A DNA stretch of 64,000 bases from Rhodospirillales bacterium (lineage in GTDB: Bacteria; Pseudomonadota; Alphaproteobacteria; Bin95), in the NCBI GenBank assembly GCA_038143065.1, contig JAYQLI010000035.1, positions 1,920,894 through 1,984,893 on the forward strand. The letters are read 5' to 3'. A model generated the notes under the pieces. It was not told where the DNA came from. It worked only from the letters and a program-made list of their open reading frames with translations, and searched no databases. This document shows, piece by piece, positions 11,154-21,078 of this stretch (the first letter of the stretch is position 1; each line of letters starts with the position of its first letter). A program made the position numbers and the translations under genes.

Positions 11154-12338
11154 ATGTTTATGAACAACGGTCCACAGCCTTTTTCTAATATTCGCTTGAT
11201 TGATTTCTCCCGAGTAGTCTCAGGGCCTTATGCCACAAGTCAACTCGCCATGCTGGGCGCAGACGTAATCAAAATAGAAAGTCCTGAGGGCGATGAAGCG
11301 CGACGAATGGCGCCAACGTCAGAACTCAGTGAAGGAAGCATGTCTCCAGCCTACAGAGCAATGGGGATAAACAAGCGGTCCGTCGCTTTAGATCTAAAAA
11401 ACCCAGACGCCAGAGCAGCTGCAGAACGCCTAATATTATCTGCCGATGTTGTAATTGAGAACTTCCGACCCGGCGTCATGAAAAGATTAGGGTTAGGCTA
11501 TGAGCTGATGGCAAAGAAAAAGCCTGAACTTATCTGGTGTTCAATTTCTGGTTTTGGCCAAACAGGACCTCGTGCCGACTCTCCCGCATATGATGTGAGG
11601 CTACAAGCAATGTCAGGGTTAATGTCGATAACTGGCTTTCCAGACCAAGGCCCCAGCAGAGCTGGGTATGCCGTGGTCGATGCTTCTACTGGAATGGCTG
11701 CCGCTTTCGCAGTGGCATCCGCTTTATTTCAGCGGGAAAAAACTGGGCGAGGGCAGCAGATCGATGTTCCAATGCTTGATACAGCATTGTCTCACATGGC
11801 ACCGACAGTCGCAGAATGGACCATAGGCGGACATGTGCCAAAGCTTGCAGGCAACCAGGGAACATCTGGGCGGCCAACCGCCAACGCCTTTCCATGCAGA
11901 GATGGCACTATCTTGTTGGCCTGTAACACGGAAAGGCAATTCAAAGGCCTATCTAACGTGATTGGAATGCCAAACCTCACAGAAGACCCTCGTTTTCAGG
12001 ACTGGCCCAGCAGAAAGGCAAATGAAAACTCACTGAGAGAAATCATAGAAAAAAGATTTGCTGAATATAGCGCTGTTACTTTGGAGGACCTTCTAGAAAA
12101 AGCTGGTGTTCCAGCATCTCGTGTCCGTGATATTCCATCTGCTATTGCGGACTCTCAAATTACCCATCGCGGTCTGATGGCTAATGTGGAAGGGGGCTCT
12201 GTCGTCGGAGCTCCTTTTTCTTTTGCATGGGGTGGACCATCGATTAAGACATCCGCACCGAAAATCGGCCAAGATACAGAGTCAGTTTTGAAAGAAGTGG
12301 GTCTCTCCGAGTTGGAAATCAAATCCGCCATGTCCTGA
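11154..12338 (+). CDS. Class III CoA-transferase (CaiB/BaiF)
   Basis: DFSRVVSGP, LGADVIKIESP.GD, NKRSVALDLK, ENFRPGVM.RLGLG, catalytic Asp in VVDASTG. True start is 11154 or 11160; the ORF-track N-terminal extension is antisense to the neighbouring gene. Confidence 0.9.
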   Translation: MFMNNGPQPFSNIRLIDFSRVVSGPYATSQLAMLGADVIKIESPEGDEARRMAPTSELSEGSMSPAYRAMGINKRSVALDLKNPDARAAAERLILSADVVIENFRPGVMKRLGLGYELMAKKKPELIWCSISGFGQTGPRADSPAYDVRLQAMSGLMSITGFPDQGPSRAGYAVVDASTGMAAAFAVASALFQREKTGRGQQIDVPMLDTALSHMAPTVAEWTIGGHVPKLAGNQGTSGRPTANAFPCRDGTILLACNTERQFKGLSNVIGMPNLTEDPRFQDWPSRKANENSLREIIEKRFAEYSAVTLEDLLEKAGVPASRVRDIPSAIADSQITHRGLMANVEGGSVVGAPFSFAWGGPSIKTSAPKIGQDTESVLKEVGLSELEIKSAMS

Positions 12339-13461
12339 TGCGGTCCGCCGCTTCAGCAATGTCCCTCTCAGAAGCACAAAAACTAAAACGAATGTATCGA
12401 TTGCCATTAGTTGGCTGAAAGTCGAGACCAGACGTAGCAGCGACGCCAATTTCTTCAAGCATGGATTTACATAGCGCCATGGAGTCATTGGACAGCGGCG
12501 AAGCATCAACATAAATATAAAATGCGCCATCTGGAGGAGCGGCAGGCAGCAAACCGCGGTCTGTAAGGGCGCTCAGCAGAACTTTTCGATTTTGAGCGTA
12601 TATAGACTTGTTGGCTTCCAACTCTTCCTTACAATCGAAGGCAGCTAGAGCTGCGACCTGAGAGATTGCAGGAGGCGAAATAAAGAGGTTCTGAGCTAAC
12701 TTATTTACAGGTTCGATCAGATCTTCGGGCAGGACCATCCACCCAATCCGCCAACCCGTCATCGCGTAATATTTTGAAAAACTATTTATAACTATAGCTG
12801 AAGGTGAAGTAGCTGCTGTCTCTGCAGATTGTTCATAGGTTAGACCATGATAGATTTCATCTGAAATAAGGCGGACCCCGTTTCCATGGCACCAGCTGGC
12901 TAGGCGGTTAAGTTCCCCAGGAGCGAACATTGCTCCAGTTGGGTTAGAGGGACTAGCAACAACGACACCATCAATTTCACCCAACGCCTTAAGGTGCTCC
13001 GGTGTGGGTTGGTATCGTGTCTCGGGACCTACTGGAATAGGAACAGTTTCTATATCCAAAGCTTTTAAAATATTGCGGTAACATGGATAGCTGGGATCAG
13101 CTAACGCGACGCGGTCACCTGCCTCGAAACAGGCCAAGAAAGCGAGGAGGAAGCCAGCAGACGATCCAGTGGTTACTGAAATTCGTTCCTGACCAACATC
13201 AACTGAATACGCGTCTAAATATTCCCGAGCTATTCGCTCCCGAAGAACCGGACGCCCAACAGCGTCAGTATAACCAAGAGTATCTTCTTCAAGAGCACGG
13301 GCTGCTGCCAATCTTGCACCCTTTGGTGCCCGAAAACCCGGTTGTCCAACTTCTAGGTGCAAAATTCCTCTTCCTTGGGCCTCCAGCTCAGTAGCTGCCC
13401 GCATGACTTCCATGACAAGAAATGGGGAAACGTTTCCACGTTTTGCATGCTTGAGTGCCAT
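12319..13461 (-). CDS. PLP-dependent aminotransferase class I/II (aspartate aminotransferase-like)
   Basis: SPSNPTG, DEIYHG, SFSKYYAMTGWRIGW. Confidence 0.92.
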   Translation of the reverse strand: MALKHAKRGNVSPFLVMEVMRAATELEAQGRGILHLEVGQPGFRAPKGARLAAARALEEDTLGYTDAVGRPVLRERIAREYLDAYSVDVGQERISVTTGSSAGFLLAFLACFEAGDRVALADPSYPCYRNILKALDIETVPIPVGPETRYQPTPEHLKALGEIDGVVVASPSNPTGAMFAPGELNRLASWCHGNGVRLISDEIYHGLTYEQSAETAATSPSAIVINSFSKYYAMTGWRIGWMVLPEDLIEPVNKLAQNLFISPPAISQVAALAAFDCKEELEANKSIYAQNRKVLLSALTDRGLLPAAPPDGAFYIYVDASPLSNDSMALCKSMLEEIGVAATSGLDFQPTNGNRYIRFSFCASERDIAEAADRIRTWRI

Positions 13462-13503
13462 AGGCTTAAACCCTTAATTCTCGAAGAAGGCTAACAGCTA
13501 TCG

Positions 13504-13532
13504 TTGACGACTTAGAACCACCCGCATACGTT
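13504..13532 (+). promoter_or_regulatory. Putative sigma70 promoter for the M48 protease gene
   Basis: TTGACG-17 nt-TACGTT, ending 32 nt before the ATG. Confidence 0.45.
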
Positions 13533-13564
13533 CACCAGTAAGGATGGGTCAAGGCTAGATCTTC

Positions 13565-14905
13565 ATGAAACTTTATAAGTATCTGGCAATAGTCGCATTA
13601 GCAGCCTGGGCTTCATTAGCCCCTAATTACTCCAGCGCTGGTCCCGCAGTTATACGGGACGCTGAAATTGAAGATATTATCAAGGGTTATATGACGCCAC
13701 TTTTGCAAGCGGCGGGAATAGCGCCCGGTTCAGTTCGGTTAATATTGATTAACCAAGAGGATCTGAACGCCTTCGTAGCTGGTGGCATGAATATTTTTGT
13801 TTACACAGGCCTTTTGAGACAAGCGGAGAGTGCCGACGAGGTAATTGGTGTCATTGCTCATGAGATAGGTCATATTGCCGGCGGCCACATCGCTCGACTT
13901 GGTTCGGCGTATGAAAATGCGTCAACACAAGCCATCGCCACTGCAATTTTAGGTGTGGCGGCAGCAGTTGCGTCAGGTCGTGCCGATGTCGGTGCTGCTG
14001 TTGCTGCTGGGGGCCAATCAAGCGCGATTCGGGGTGTACTTGCTCACACGCGTGCTCAAGAGTCGGCAGCTGATCAAGCAGCTTTTCGATACCTGGAGAC
14101 AACAGGGCAATCGGTCCAGGGCCTAATTGACATGCTTACCCGCCTTTCTGACCAAGAGCTTCTGTCTTCACGCCATCAAGATCCATATGTTCGCACACAT
14201 CCTTTGAGTCGAGATCGACTAGAGACAACCAAAGCTTTCCTAGCCCGAAGTCAGTACAAAGGTATAAAAACTGAATCAGATAAGCAGGAAAGGTTCAAAC
14301 GGATGCAGGCCAAGCTTGCTGGCTTTATTGATCCGCCAAGCACAACACTGTCTAAATATCAAACAGATGATCCCATCGATCGATATGCGCGGGCGATTGC
14401 TTACTACCGTCGCGGCGATCTCGAAAAAGCTATCCCTTTAATTGATGGGCTGATTACTAGTTCTCCAAACGATCCTTATCTCCATGAACTAAAAGGACAG
14501 ATCTTTATGGATAATGGCCGAAACATTGAGGCCGAAGCTTCCTATGACGCAGCCCTTACACTGAGGCCTGGGGATCCAGCAATAATGCTTCCTGCGGCGA
14601 ACGCAGTTCTTGAGGGCCGAGGCGATACAGCAAAAGCCATAAAAATTCTTCAGGATGTTGTCTTTCGTGAACCACGCAATTCTAGCGCCTGGCGTCAACT
14701 AGGTATCGGGTACGGAAAAAAGGGAGATATCGGACTGGCGGCAGCAGCTCTAGCAGAATCAGAGATGCTTAATGGGCAAAGAGATAATGCTGCATTGCAA
14801 GCAAAGCGGGCACAATTTCATCTTCCAAAGGGCTCTCCTGGATGGCTTCGCGCAGAAGATATTCTGAGAGCCGTAAGTAAAAATAGTGAGAAAGAGAATC
14901 AGTAA
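13565..14905 (+). CDS. bepA: M48 metalloprotease with TPR repeats (BepA/YfgC-like)
   Basis: Signal peptide, NAFVAGG, HEIGH zinc motif, QESAAD, THP, TPR-like C-terminus. Confidence 0.88.
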   Translation: MKLYKYLAIVALAAWASLAPNYSSAGPAVIRDAEIEDIIKGYMTPLLQAAGIAPGSVRLILINQEDLNAFVAGGMNIFVYTGLLRQAESADEVIGVIAHEIGHIAGGHIARLGSAYENASTQAIATAILGVAAAVASGRADVGAAVAAGGQSSAIRGVLAHTRAQESAADQAAFRYLETTGQSVQGLIDMLTRLSDQELLSSRHQDPYVRTHPLSRDRLETTKAFLARSQYKGIKTESDKQERFKRMQAKLAGFIDPPSTTLSKYQTDDPIDRYARAIAYYRRGDLEKAIPLIDGLITSSPNDPYLHELKGQIFMDNGRNIEAEASYDAALTLRPGDPAIMLPAANAVLEGRGDTAKAIKILQDVVFREPRNSSAWRQLGIGYGKKGDIGLAAAALAESEMLNGQRDNAALQAKRAQFHLPKGSPGWLRAEDILRAVSKNSEKENQ

Positions 14906-14985
14906 TGTGAGCTTGATACTGACATACTGTCTTACTCTAAAAATAGGGCTGGCAAGATTACTTATTTGATAACTGGGAGGGATTG

Positions 14986-15863
14986 ATGTCCATGAAAATC
15001 CAACGTCTAGACGCTCCGTTTGGCTGCGAAGTGCTTGGCCTAGATATCAATAGTGGGGTTTCAAAAAATGACTACCTTCAGGTACGAGCAGCATTTGAAA
15101 CCTATTCAGTAGTCGTTATCAGAGGCGCCCCTCTCTCAGATGCGTCACAAATTGAATTCTCAGAAATGTTTGGGCCCTGTGAAAAAACATTAAAAGGTAA
15201 CCCGGCGGCCGGGTCCGTTTTTGCGCGACAATCCAATCTAGACATAAATACTGGAGATCAAATTCCGGCAGAAGATCGACGTATGTTTTACCAAAAAGCA
15301 AATATGCTTTGGCATGCGGACTCGGTATTCAAACCCAGAGCTTCTCTTTGCTCAATTCTATCGGCAAGAATTATTCCATCTGCAGGTGGAGCTACCGAAG
15401 TTGCTTCAACACGCCTAGCGTATGATGCTCTTGATGAAAATTTAAAAACTACGATCGATCCCCTAATAGCAGAATACTCTCTCGTTTGGTCACGTGGTCT
15501 TATTGGCTATGAGTTCAATGACGAGGAACGTTCCACCATGCATAAGGTTCGCCATCCTTTAGTTCGTGAGAACCCCGTAAACCAAAAAAATCAATGCTAA
15601 TCGGCGCCCATGCGATGAATATCGAAGGCTGGGAACAAGCCGATGGATTGAAATTGCTGAATGAACTCTTGAGCCACGCGACACAACAAAAATTTTGTTA
15701 TCGTCACGAGTGGCGAGAGGGAGATGTCCTCATCTGGGATAATCGAGCATGCGTTCACCGCGCAACACCCTATGATTCAAATGTGGAAAAACGCTTGATG
15801 CAACGAACCACCATTGGGGATTTGAGTGAAGAGGCATTCGATCCTAAAGCTGTTGTTGCCTGA
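14986..15863 (+). CDS. TauD/TfdA family Fe(II)/2-oxoglutarate dioxygenase; frameshift at the A7 run 15584-15590
   Basis: WHADS (HxD), GGATEVA, HPLVRENP, WDNRACVHRA. Confidence 0.9.
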
Positions 15864-15923
15864 GAATTTAAAAAACAAAAGTCATCAAGTGCAGTACAAA
15901 AATTGGCTTTGTTTTTTTACAAG

Positions 15924-17090
15924 CTAATCCAAAATTACGTGGGGAGTGAAACGACTGTCATCCGTCGTAATTCGGCCCCTGTCTTCCCGAATTCCAAGGC
16001 CCACTGGTTGGCTTGCAACTAGCCAAACACCCATTACCGGATGCATCTGATCGAAAGCAGGAAGAGGGGCAAGGGTCTGCAAAATTGAACCCTCTGCACC
16101 ATATGGGCCACTTGCGGTTTCAGAACTCCGCCCATCTTCGAAAATTTCGATGTTCGCTCCTTCGCGAGAAAAAAGCGGCTTCCGGACAAAATTTGGGCCA
16201 AGCGCATCTGAGTCCACAGCATCCTCAAAAAACGCAGGCAATAAATTGGGGTGTCCTGGCGCCAATTCCCAAAGGTATGGCAACATACCTTTGTTAGAGA
16301 GAATAGCCTTCCACGGCGGCTCAATTACTTTCATACGAGACCGCTGCAAATGTGCAGCAAATTCATCGGCCCAAATCCATTCCCACGGATACAGCTTGAA
16401 AAGATTGTAGATGCTGCGGTCCTCACCATCTACAAAGCCACCTAAGTCTGTAAGACCTATTGCAGTTATTGGCAAAAGGTAAGGGTTCAAACCCGCTTGT
16501 TCCGCGCAATCTGCTAAGTATTCAATAGTACCCAGGTCTTCCTCAGAATTTTCTTCACAAGCAAGATGCAAAGGTCCTTCGATTCCAAAGGCCTCAAAAG
16601 CTTCTATCAAAGTTTCATGTATTGAGTTGAATTGATCCGCATCTCTCGGCAATTGATCATTTTTTTGCAGATCTTCTAGCCAGCGCCATTGAAAAACCGC
16701 GGCTTCATAAAGAGCTGTGGGGGTATCTGCGTTGTACTCCAAAAGTTTTGCCTTGCCACCAGACTTTCCGGCATAGCTAAAATCCATACGGCCATACAAA
16801 TTTCGGGCTCTGTATTTCCATGACTGTTGAATATAGTCCCAAAAATTATTTGGAATTTTTAGTCTTTCTAATACCTCTTCATCACAACATGCACGCTCAA
16901 CAATAGCAAAACACATCTCTTCCAGCTCTGCAGCAGGCGCTTCGAGATCTTCTTCGATTTCTTCTAGAGGGAAAGAATAATAGGCATCCTCACGCCAATA
17001 AAGCTCGCCCCCAGGTGTATGGAAGCGAAACCCAAGTTCTTCGGCGACATTACGCCAGTCAGGGCGCTCATCAACTTTTATTCGTTTCAC
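15924..17090 (-). CDS. Glutathionylspermidine synthase-like ATP-grasp ligase (YgiC/YjfC type, no amidase domain)
   Basis: YW.EDAYYSF, LYGRMDFSY, KLLEYNADTPT, FKLYPWEW, EPPWKAILSNK, RKPLFSREGANI, GIRED. Confidence 0.92.
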   Translation of the reverse strand: MKRIKVDERPDWRNVAEELGFRFHTPGGELYWREDAYYSFPLEEIEEDLEAPAAELEEMCFAIVERACCDEEVLERLKIPNNFWDYIQQSWKYRARNLYGRMDFSYAGKSGGKAKLLEYNADTPTALYEAAVFQWRWLEDLQKNDQLPRDADQFNSIHETLIEAFEAFGIEGPLHLACEENSEEDLGTIEYLADCAEQAGLNPYLLPITAIGLTDLGGFVDGEDRSIYNLFKLYPWEWIWADEFAAHLQRSRMKVIEPPWKAILSNKGMLPYLWELAPGHPNLLPAFFEDAVDSDALGPNFVRKPLFSREGANIEIFEDGRSSETASGPYGAEGSILQTLAPLPAFDQMHPVMGVWLVASQPVGLGIREDRGRITTDDSRFTPHVILD

Positions 17091-17711
17091 TTAACCACCG
17101 AAGCTGCGAATTCCAGTGGAACGTCCAGTACGGCCAAAGCCACCGCGAGCCATCAATCGGCCTGCTGGTGGACGAGCAGCTTTGCTTTTTGCAACAGATA
17201 CTGGACCGGTTTTAGCATCAACTGCTGCCCCTGCAGCTGTGCGCGCTGTGCCCGGCTTTGATCCAGTGTAGAGCGGCTGCGTAGCAACCGGGCCACCCAT
17301 TGCACGACCCATCATCCAGCCCACCATCAACGGCATCCAAAGGCCTCCACCTGTGGATGCATGCTGAGTCGTCTGATTGTCGCTACTTGTGCCAGGCTGC
17401 ACTGTATCTTTATTACCCATAGAAGCTGGCTTTTGGCAGGCCTGAGGGCCGTGCTCTGCTTCGCAGTCAGCAAGTGTTTGATAACGCGGGGCCACGCGAG
17501 CGTGTTCCTGCTGAGCAGTGGCAAATTGAGCCTTACAATAAGCTTCCGTAAACTCCCCAGAAGTAATGCACCCATCAACAGTGGCAAACTGGAAGGCATC
17601 CAATTTTTCTTCACAGCCAGTGAGAGCAAAAGCGGAAACTCCTACGCCCATAGCAATCAGGGTCACCTTGCGGGAGCGCTTTCGCGAGCTTGCGAGGTCT
17701 ATATCTTTCAT
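17091..17711 (-). CDS. DUF1190 (YgiB/YjfM-like) lipoprotein
   Basis: Basic N-region, lipobox LTGC33, APRY...CEAEHG...C, WMPLMVGWMMG, QPLY, RGGFG, C-terminal SFGG. Stop codon abuts the ligase start. Confidence 0.9.
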   Translation of the reverse strand: MKDIDLASSRKRSRKVTLIAMGVGVSAFALTGCEEKLDAFQFATVDGCITSGEFTEAYCKAQFATAQQEHARVAPRYQTLADCEAEHGPQACQKPASMGNKDTVQPGTSSDNQTTQHASTGGGLWMPLMVGWMMGRAMGGPVATQPLYTGSKPGTARTAAGAAVDAKTGPVSVAKSKAARPPAGRLMARGGFGRTGRSTGIRSFGG

Positions 17712-17825
17712 TGCCGGTCCTCATAAAGAATTACTAAACACTTACTTCAAATAGGGCTCACGTTGAAAACTACCATAAGATTCAACGGCTGTCCGCCAGA
17801 GTTATGCCACAAAAATTTTTAAAGT

Positions 17826-19234
17826 CTAAATTTGGGGAATTTTATCAGCCCAAGGCAGGGCCTTTTCAAATGCCGCCGATGCCTGAAGCACTTCTAGATC
17901 TTTCATCCGTGGTCCAACAATTTGAAGACCAACAGGTAACCCGTTTTCTGTAAACCCACATGGAATTGAAGCCGCAGGATTGTGGCTCATATTGAAAGGG
18001 TAAGAAAACTCCGCCCATTGGACCCAATCCCATGGATGTTCCGGCCAATCTTCTGGCATCAAACGATCTGCAGGAAAGGCAGCAACAGAAACCGCAGGGG
18101 TAAGAAGTAAATCATATTCCTCAAAAAATCTGTGTATCGCCTCAACTTAAGCAAGTTTTCTCACACGCATCTCGACATAATCGGTAGCAGAATGGTTAGC
18201 CGCACTCTCAATGCAGGCCACTAGACCAGGGTCCATCTTATCTCGCCATTCAGGAAAATATTTTTGATAACCTAGTTCATGAGCTGCCCAGAAGAAGCGA
18301 ATGAGTTCGGGTCCCTGAGGGCCCCACATCGGCTTCACCTCCTCTACTGAAGCACCCATGTCCGAAAATACTTTCGCACCAGCCTCAGCCAAGGCTGCAA
18401 CTTCACGATCAACCCTCGCATGACCAAGATCTGAACTCCAGGCGATACGCAACCCTTTAACTGAATCAGTATCTAGTGCTCTAGAATAAGCAGAAGGAGG
18501 GGACTCCAGGCTGTAGTGGTCCCATGGATGAGGACCAGACATTACCTCCAGCATAAGTGCAGCATCACTCACAGTCCGTGTCATTGGCCCAATGTGGCTC
18601 GTCTGATCATTTGATGGAACTGGCCAATTCGGAACTCGCCCAAAACTTGGCTTGAGTCCATATATTCCACAAAAGTGCGCCGGCATTCTTACGGACCCAG
18701 CTCCATCAGAACCTTGATGGAGTGGCCCATAACCAGCAGCAGCTGCTGCACCCGCTCCAGCTGAGGATGCTCCTGCATTAAGACCATGAGCCCAAGGATT
18801 ATGAGTTATCCCAGTCAGGGGGCTGTGGCTAACTCCCTTCCAACCGAATTCACTTGTCGTTGTCTTTCCTAAAGGAATAGCCCCGGCTTCTTTCAGCCTT
18901 TGAACAAAGGGGGCATCAGTATCGGGCTGTCGTCCTTTTTCGATCCATGAACCACGCTCCGTAGGCATGTCACCTGTAACAGCTAGGTCCTTTATGGTCA
19001 CAGGTATCCCGAATAATGCTCCTCTTGCTTCTCCACTGGAAATTTTAGCTTCTGCATCCTTTGCAGAATTTAGGCGCGCTCAGGATCAAAATATGCAAAT
19101 GCGTTAATAGTTGGTTCCAACCGCTGAATTCGATCAACCACAGCCTGCATCACTTCAACTGGCGATATGCGCTTTGCTCGTATCATAGGGGCAAGCAAAC
19201 TTGCTGGAAGAAAACAGAGATCGTCGTCAGTCAT
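17826..19234 (-). CDS. Amidase signature family enzyme; frameshift near 19070-19074 and in-frame TAA at 18147-18149
   Basis: Start MTDDDLCFLPA...ISPVEV read by hand; PVTIKD, GASSAG, GSDGAGSVRMPAHFCG, DLLLTP, GLPVGLQIVG. Confidence 0.88.
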
Positions 19235-19418
19235 TCCATAGCCTCATTGCATTAATGTCATATCAACATAATGGGCGCGTTAACTTCGTAGTCGCAAGTA
19301 AAAGCTTTGATAGTCAATAAACAGTGAAGTTTTCATGCCTTAATGGCATTAGGGATTCAGAAATTAAATTAGTGCGACCCCCGTTTATATATTTTGTGAA
19401 TTCAGACGCCCGATGGCT

Positions 19419-20003
19419 TTAATTAATAATCCCCTTGCCTATCAAAATGAAAATGATTGCGGCAATACCAATAATCAGCGTCACTAAAGTAAGCCGTTTT
19501 TCTATAAATTGACGGATCTGCTCTCCAAAACGCCAGAGTAGTGCTGCTTCGATTAAGAAGCGGCCTCCGCGCGCCAGAAAACTAGCTATGACAAAGCTTC
19601 CTAGGTCCATCGACATAGCCCCAGATGCTATAGTCACAACCTTAAAAGGGAATGGAGTAAAAGCAGCGAATGCGACAATCATAAAACCTTGCTCTGCATA
19701 GAGAAGTCGTAGATCAGCCATCGCAGCTTGGCCACCGTATATCCCTAGGATGGTCTGCCCTATGGTTGCAAAAAAAAGAGCACCAATTGCATACCCTAAG
19801 ACGCCACCCAAAACCGACCCCAAAGTACAGATGCCTGCAAAAGCAAATGATTGTGCTCGGCGCGCGAGACACATTGGAACAAGCAAAACATCGGGGGGAA
19901 TGGGAAATATTGAGCTTTCGGCAAAAGAAATAATGAACAACCATACTTTAGCTGCTGGGCTAGCTGCTTTTTTTAAAGTCCAATCATATAATCTCCCAAG
20001 CAT
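19419..20003 (-). CDS. YqaA/DedA (VTT domain) membrane protein
   Basis: SFAESSIFPIPPDVLL, FTPFPFKV, RGGRF. Confidence 0.9.
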   Translation of the reverse strand: MLGRLYDWTLKKAASPAAKVWLFIISFAESSIFPIPPDVLLVPMCLARRAQSFAFAGICTLGSVLGGVLGYAIGALFFATIGQTILGIYGGQAAMADLRLLYAEQGFMIVAFAAFTPFPFKVVTIASGAMSMDLGSFVIASFLARGGRFLIEAALLWRFGEQIRQFIEKRLTLVTLIIGIAAIIFILIGKGIIN

Positions 20004-21009
20004 CAGGCCACAGGCCTTTCACGAAGGGGTAAACCATAGCTGCTGCTGCTGCTATTACTTCGGGCCCGGCATATTCTTTTGTGGCATTCTCCGATAAATG
20101 ACGACGAAATGCGCGAGCTCCCGGACGCCCTTGGAAAAGGCCTAAAATATGGCGGGCAATAGCCTGTAATCGATCTCCTGCTGTAAGCCTGTCTTCAACA
20201 TAAGGGAGCAATTTCTGAATGACTTGCTCAGGTGTTTTGATAGGCGATAGAGACTGAAAAAAAATAGGGTCTACTGCAGCTAGTAGCCATGGCTGCTGAT
20301 AGGGCACACGACCAAGCATAACGCCATCAACACCTCCTGCTATCTCAGCAACTCCAGTATCAAGATCTGAAATACCCCCATTCAAGATGATCGTCAGATC
20401 TGGACGTTCACGCTTGAGTTGTTGGACTAAGGGATAATTTAATGGTGGAACATCTCGATTTTGTTTTGGGCTTAAGCCTTTCAACCATGCCTTTCGAGCA
20501 TGAATTATAAACACTTTGCAATCTTCTGCTGCAACAGTCTCTACAAACTCAAAAAGCCTTGCCTGTTCGTCGTCATCATCAACTCCCAAGCGGCATTTAA
20601 CTGTCACAGGAACCCCTACCACATCTTGCATAGCCTTTATGCAATCAGCGACTAGTTTTGGCTCTCGCATTAGGCATGCACCAAAAGCCCCCGATTGCAC
20701 TCTGTCGCTAGGACACCCACAATTCAGGTTAATTTCATCATAACCAAAGCTAGCCCCAATCTGAGCAGCAATGGCCAATTCCTTTCTGTCCGCGCCACCA
20801 ATTTGCAGAGCAACTGGATGTTCTGCAACGTCAAAGGCCAGTAACCGCTCTCGGTCCCCGTTGAGAATTGCGCCCGCAGTAAGCATTTCCGTATAAAGGA
20901 TAGATTGGCGCGTTAGGATACGATGAAAGAAACGGCAGTGCCGGTCAGTCCAATCCATCATCGGCGCCACAGAAAATGCCCGGTTTTTTGCAATAGGGTC
21001 TAAACTCAT
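19984..21009 (-). CDS. dusA: tRNA-dihydrouridine(20/20a) synthase
   Basis: APMMDWTDRHCR, NLNCGCPSDRVQSG.FGACLM, HARKAWLKGLSPKQNR. Confidence 0.95.
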   Translation of the reverse strand: MSLDPIAKNRAFSVAPMMDWTDRHCRFFHRILTRQSILYTEMLTAGAILNGDRERLLAFDVAEHPVALQIGGADRKELAIAAQIGASFGYDEINLNCGCPSDRVQSGAFGACLMREPKLVADCIKAMQDVVGVPVTVKCRLGVDDDDEQARLFEFVETVAAEDCKVFIIHARKAWLKGLSPKQNRDVPPLNYPLVQQLKRERPDLTIILNGGISDLDTGVAEIAGGVDGVMLGRVPYQQPWLLAAVDPIFFQSLSPIKTPEQVIQKLLPYVEDRLTAGDRLQAIARHILGLFQGRPGARAFRRHLSENATKEYAGPEVIAAAAAMVYPFVKGLWPDAWEII

Positions 21010-21078
21010 GGAGTTCTTCTGCCTGCAAATTTCATTGTCGACAAGAATAAGTGTTAGATCTCGCTGAGGAGGAGCACT

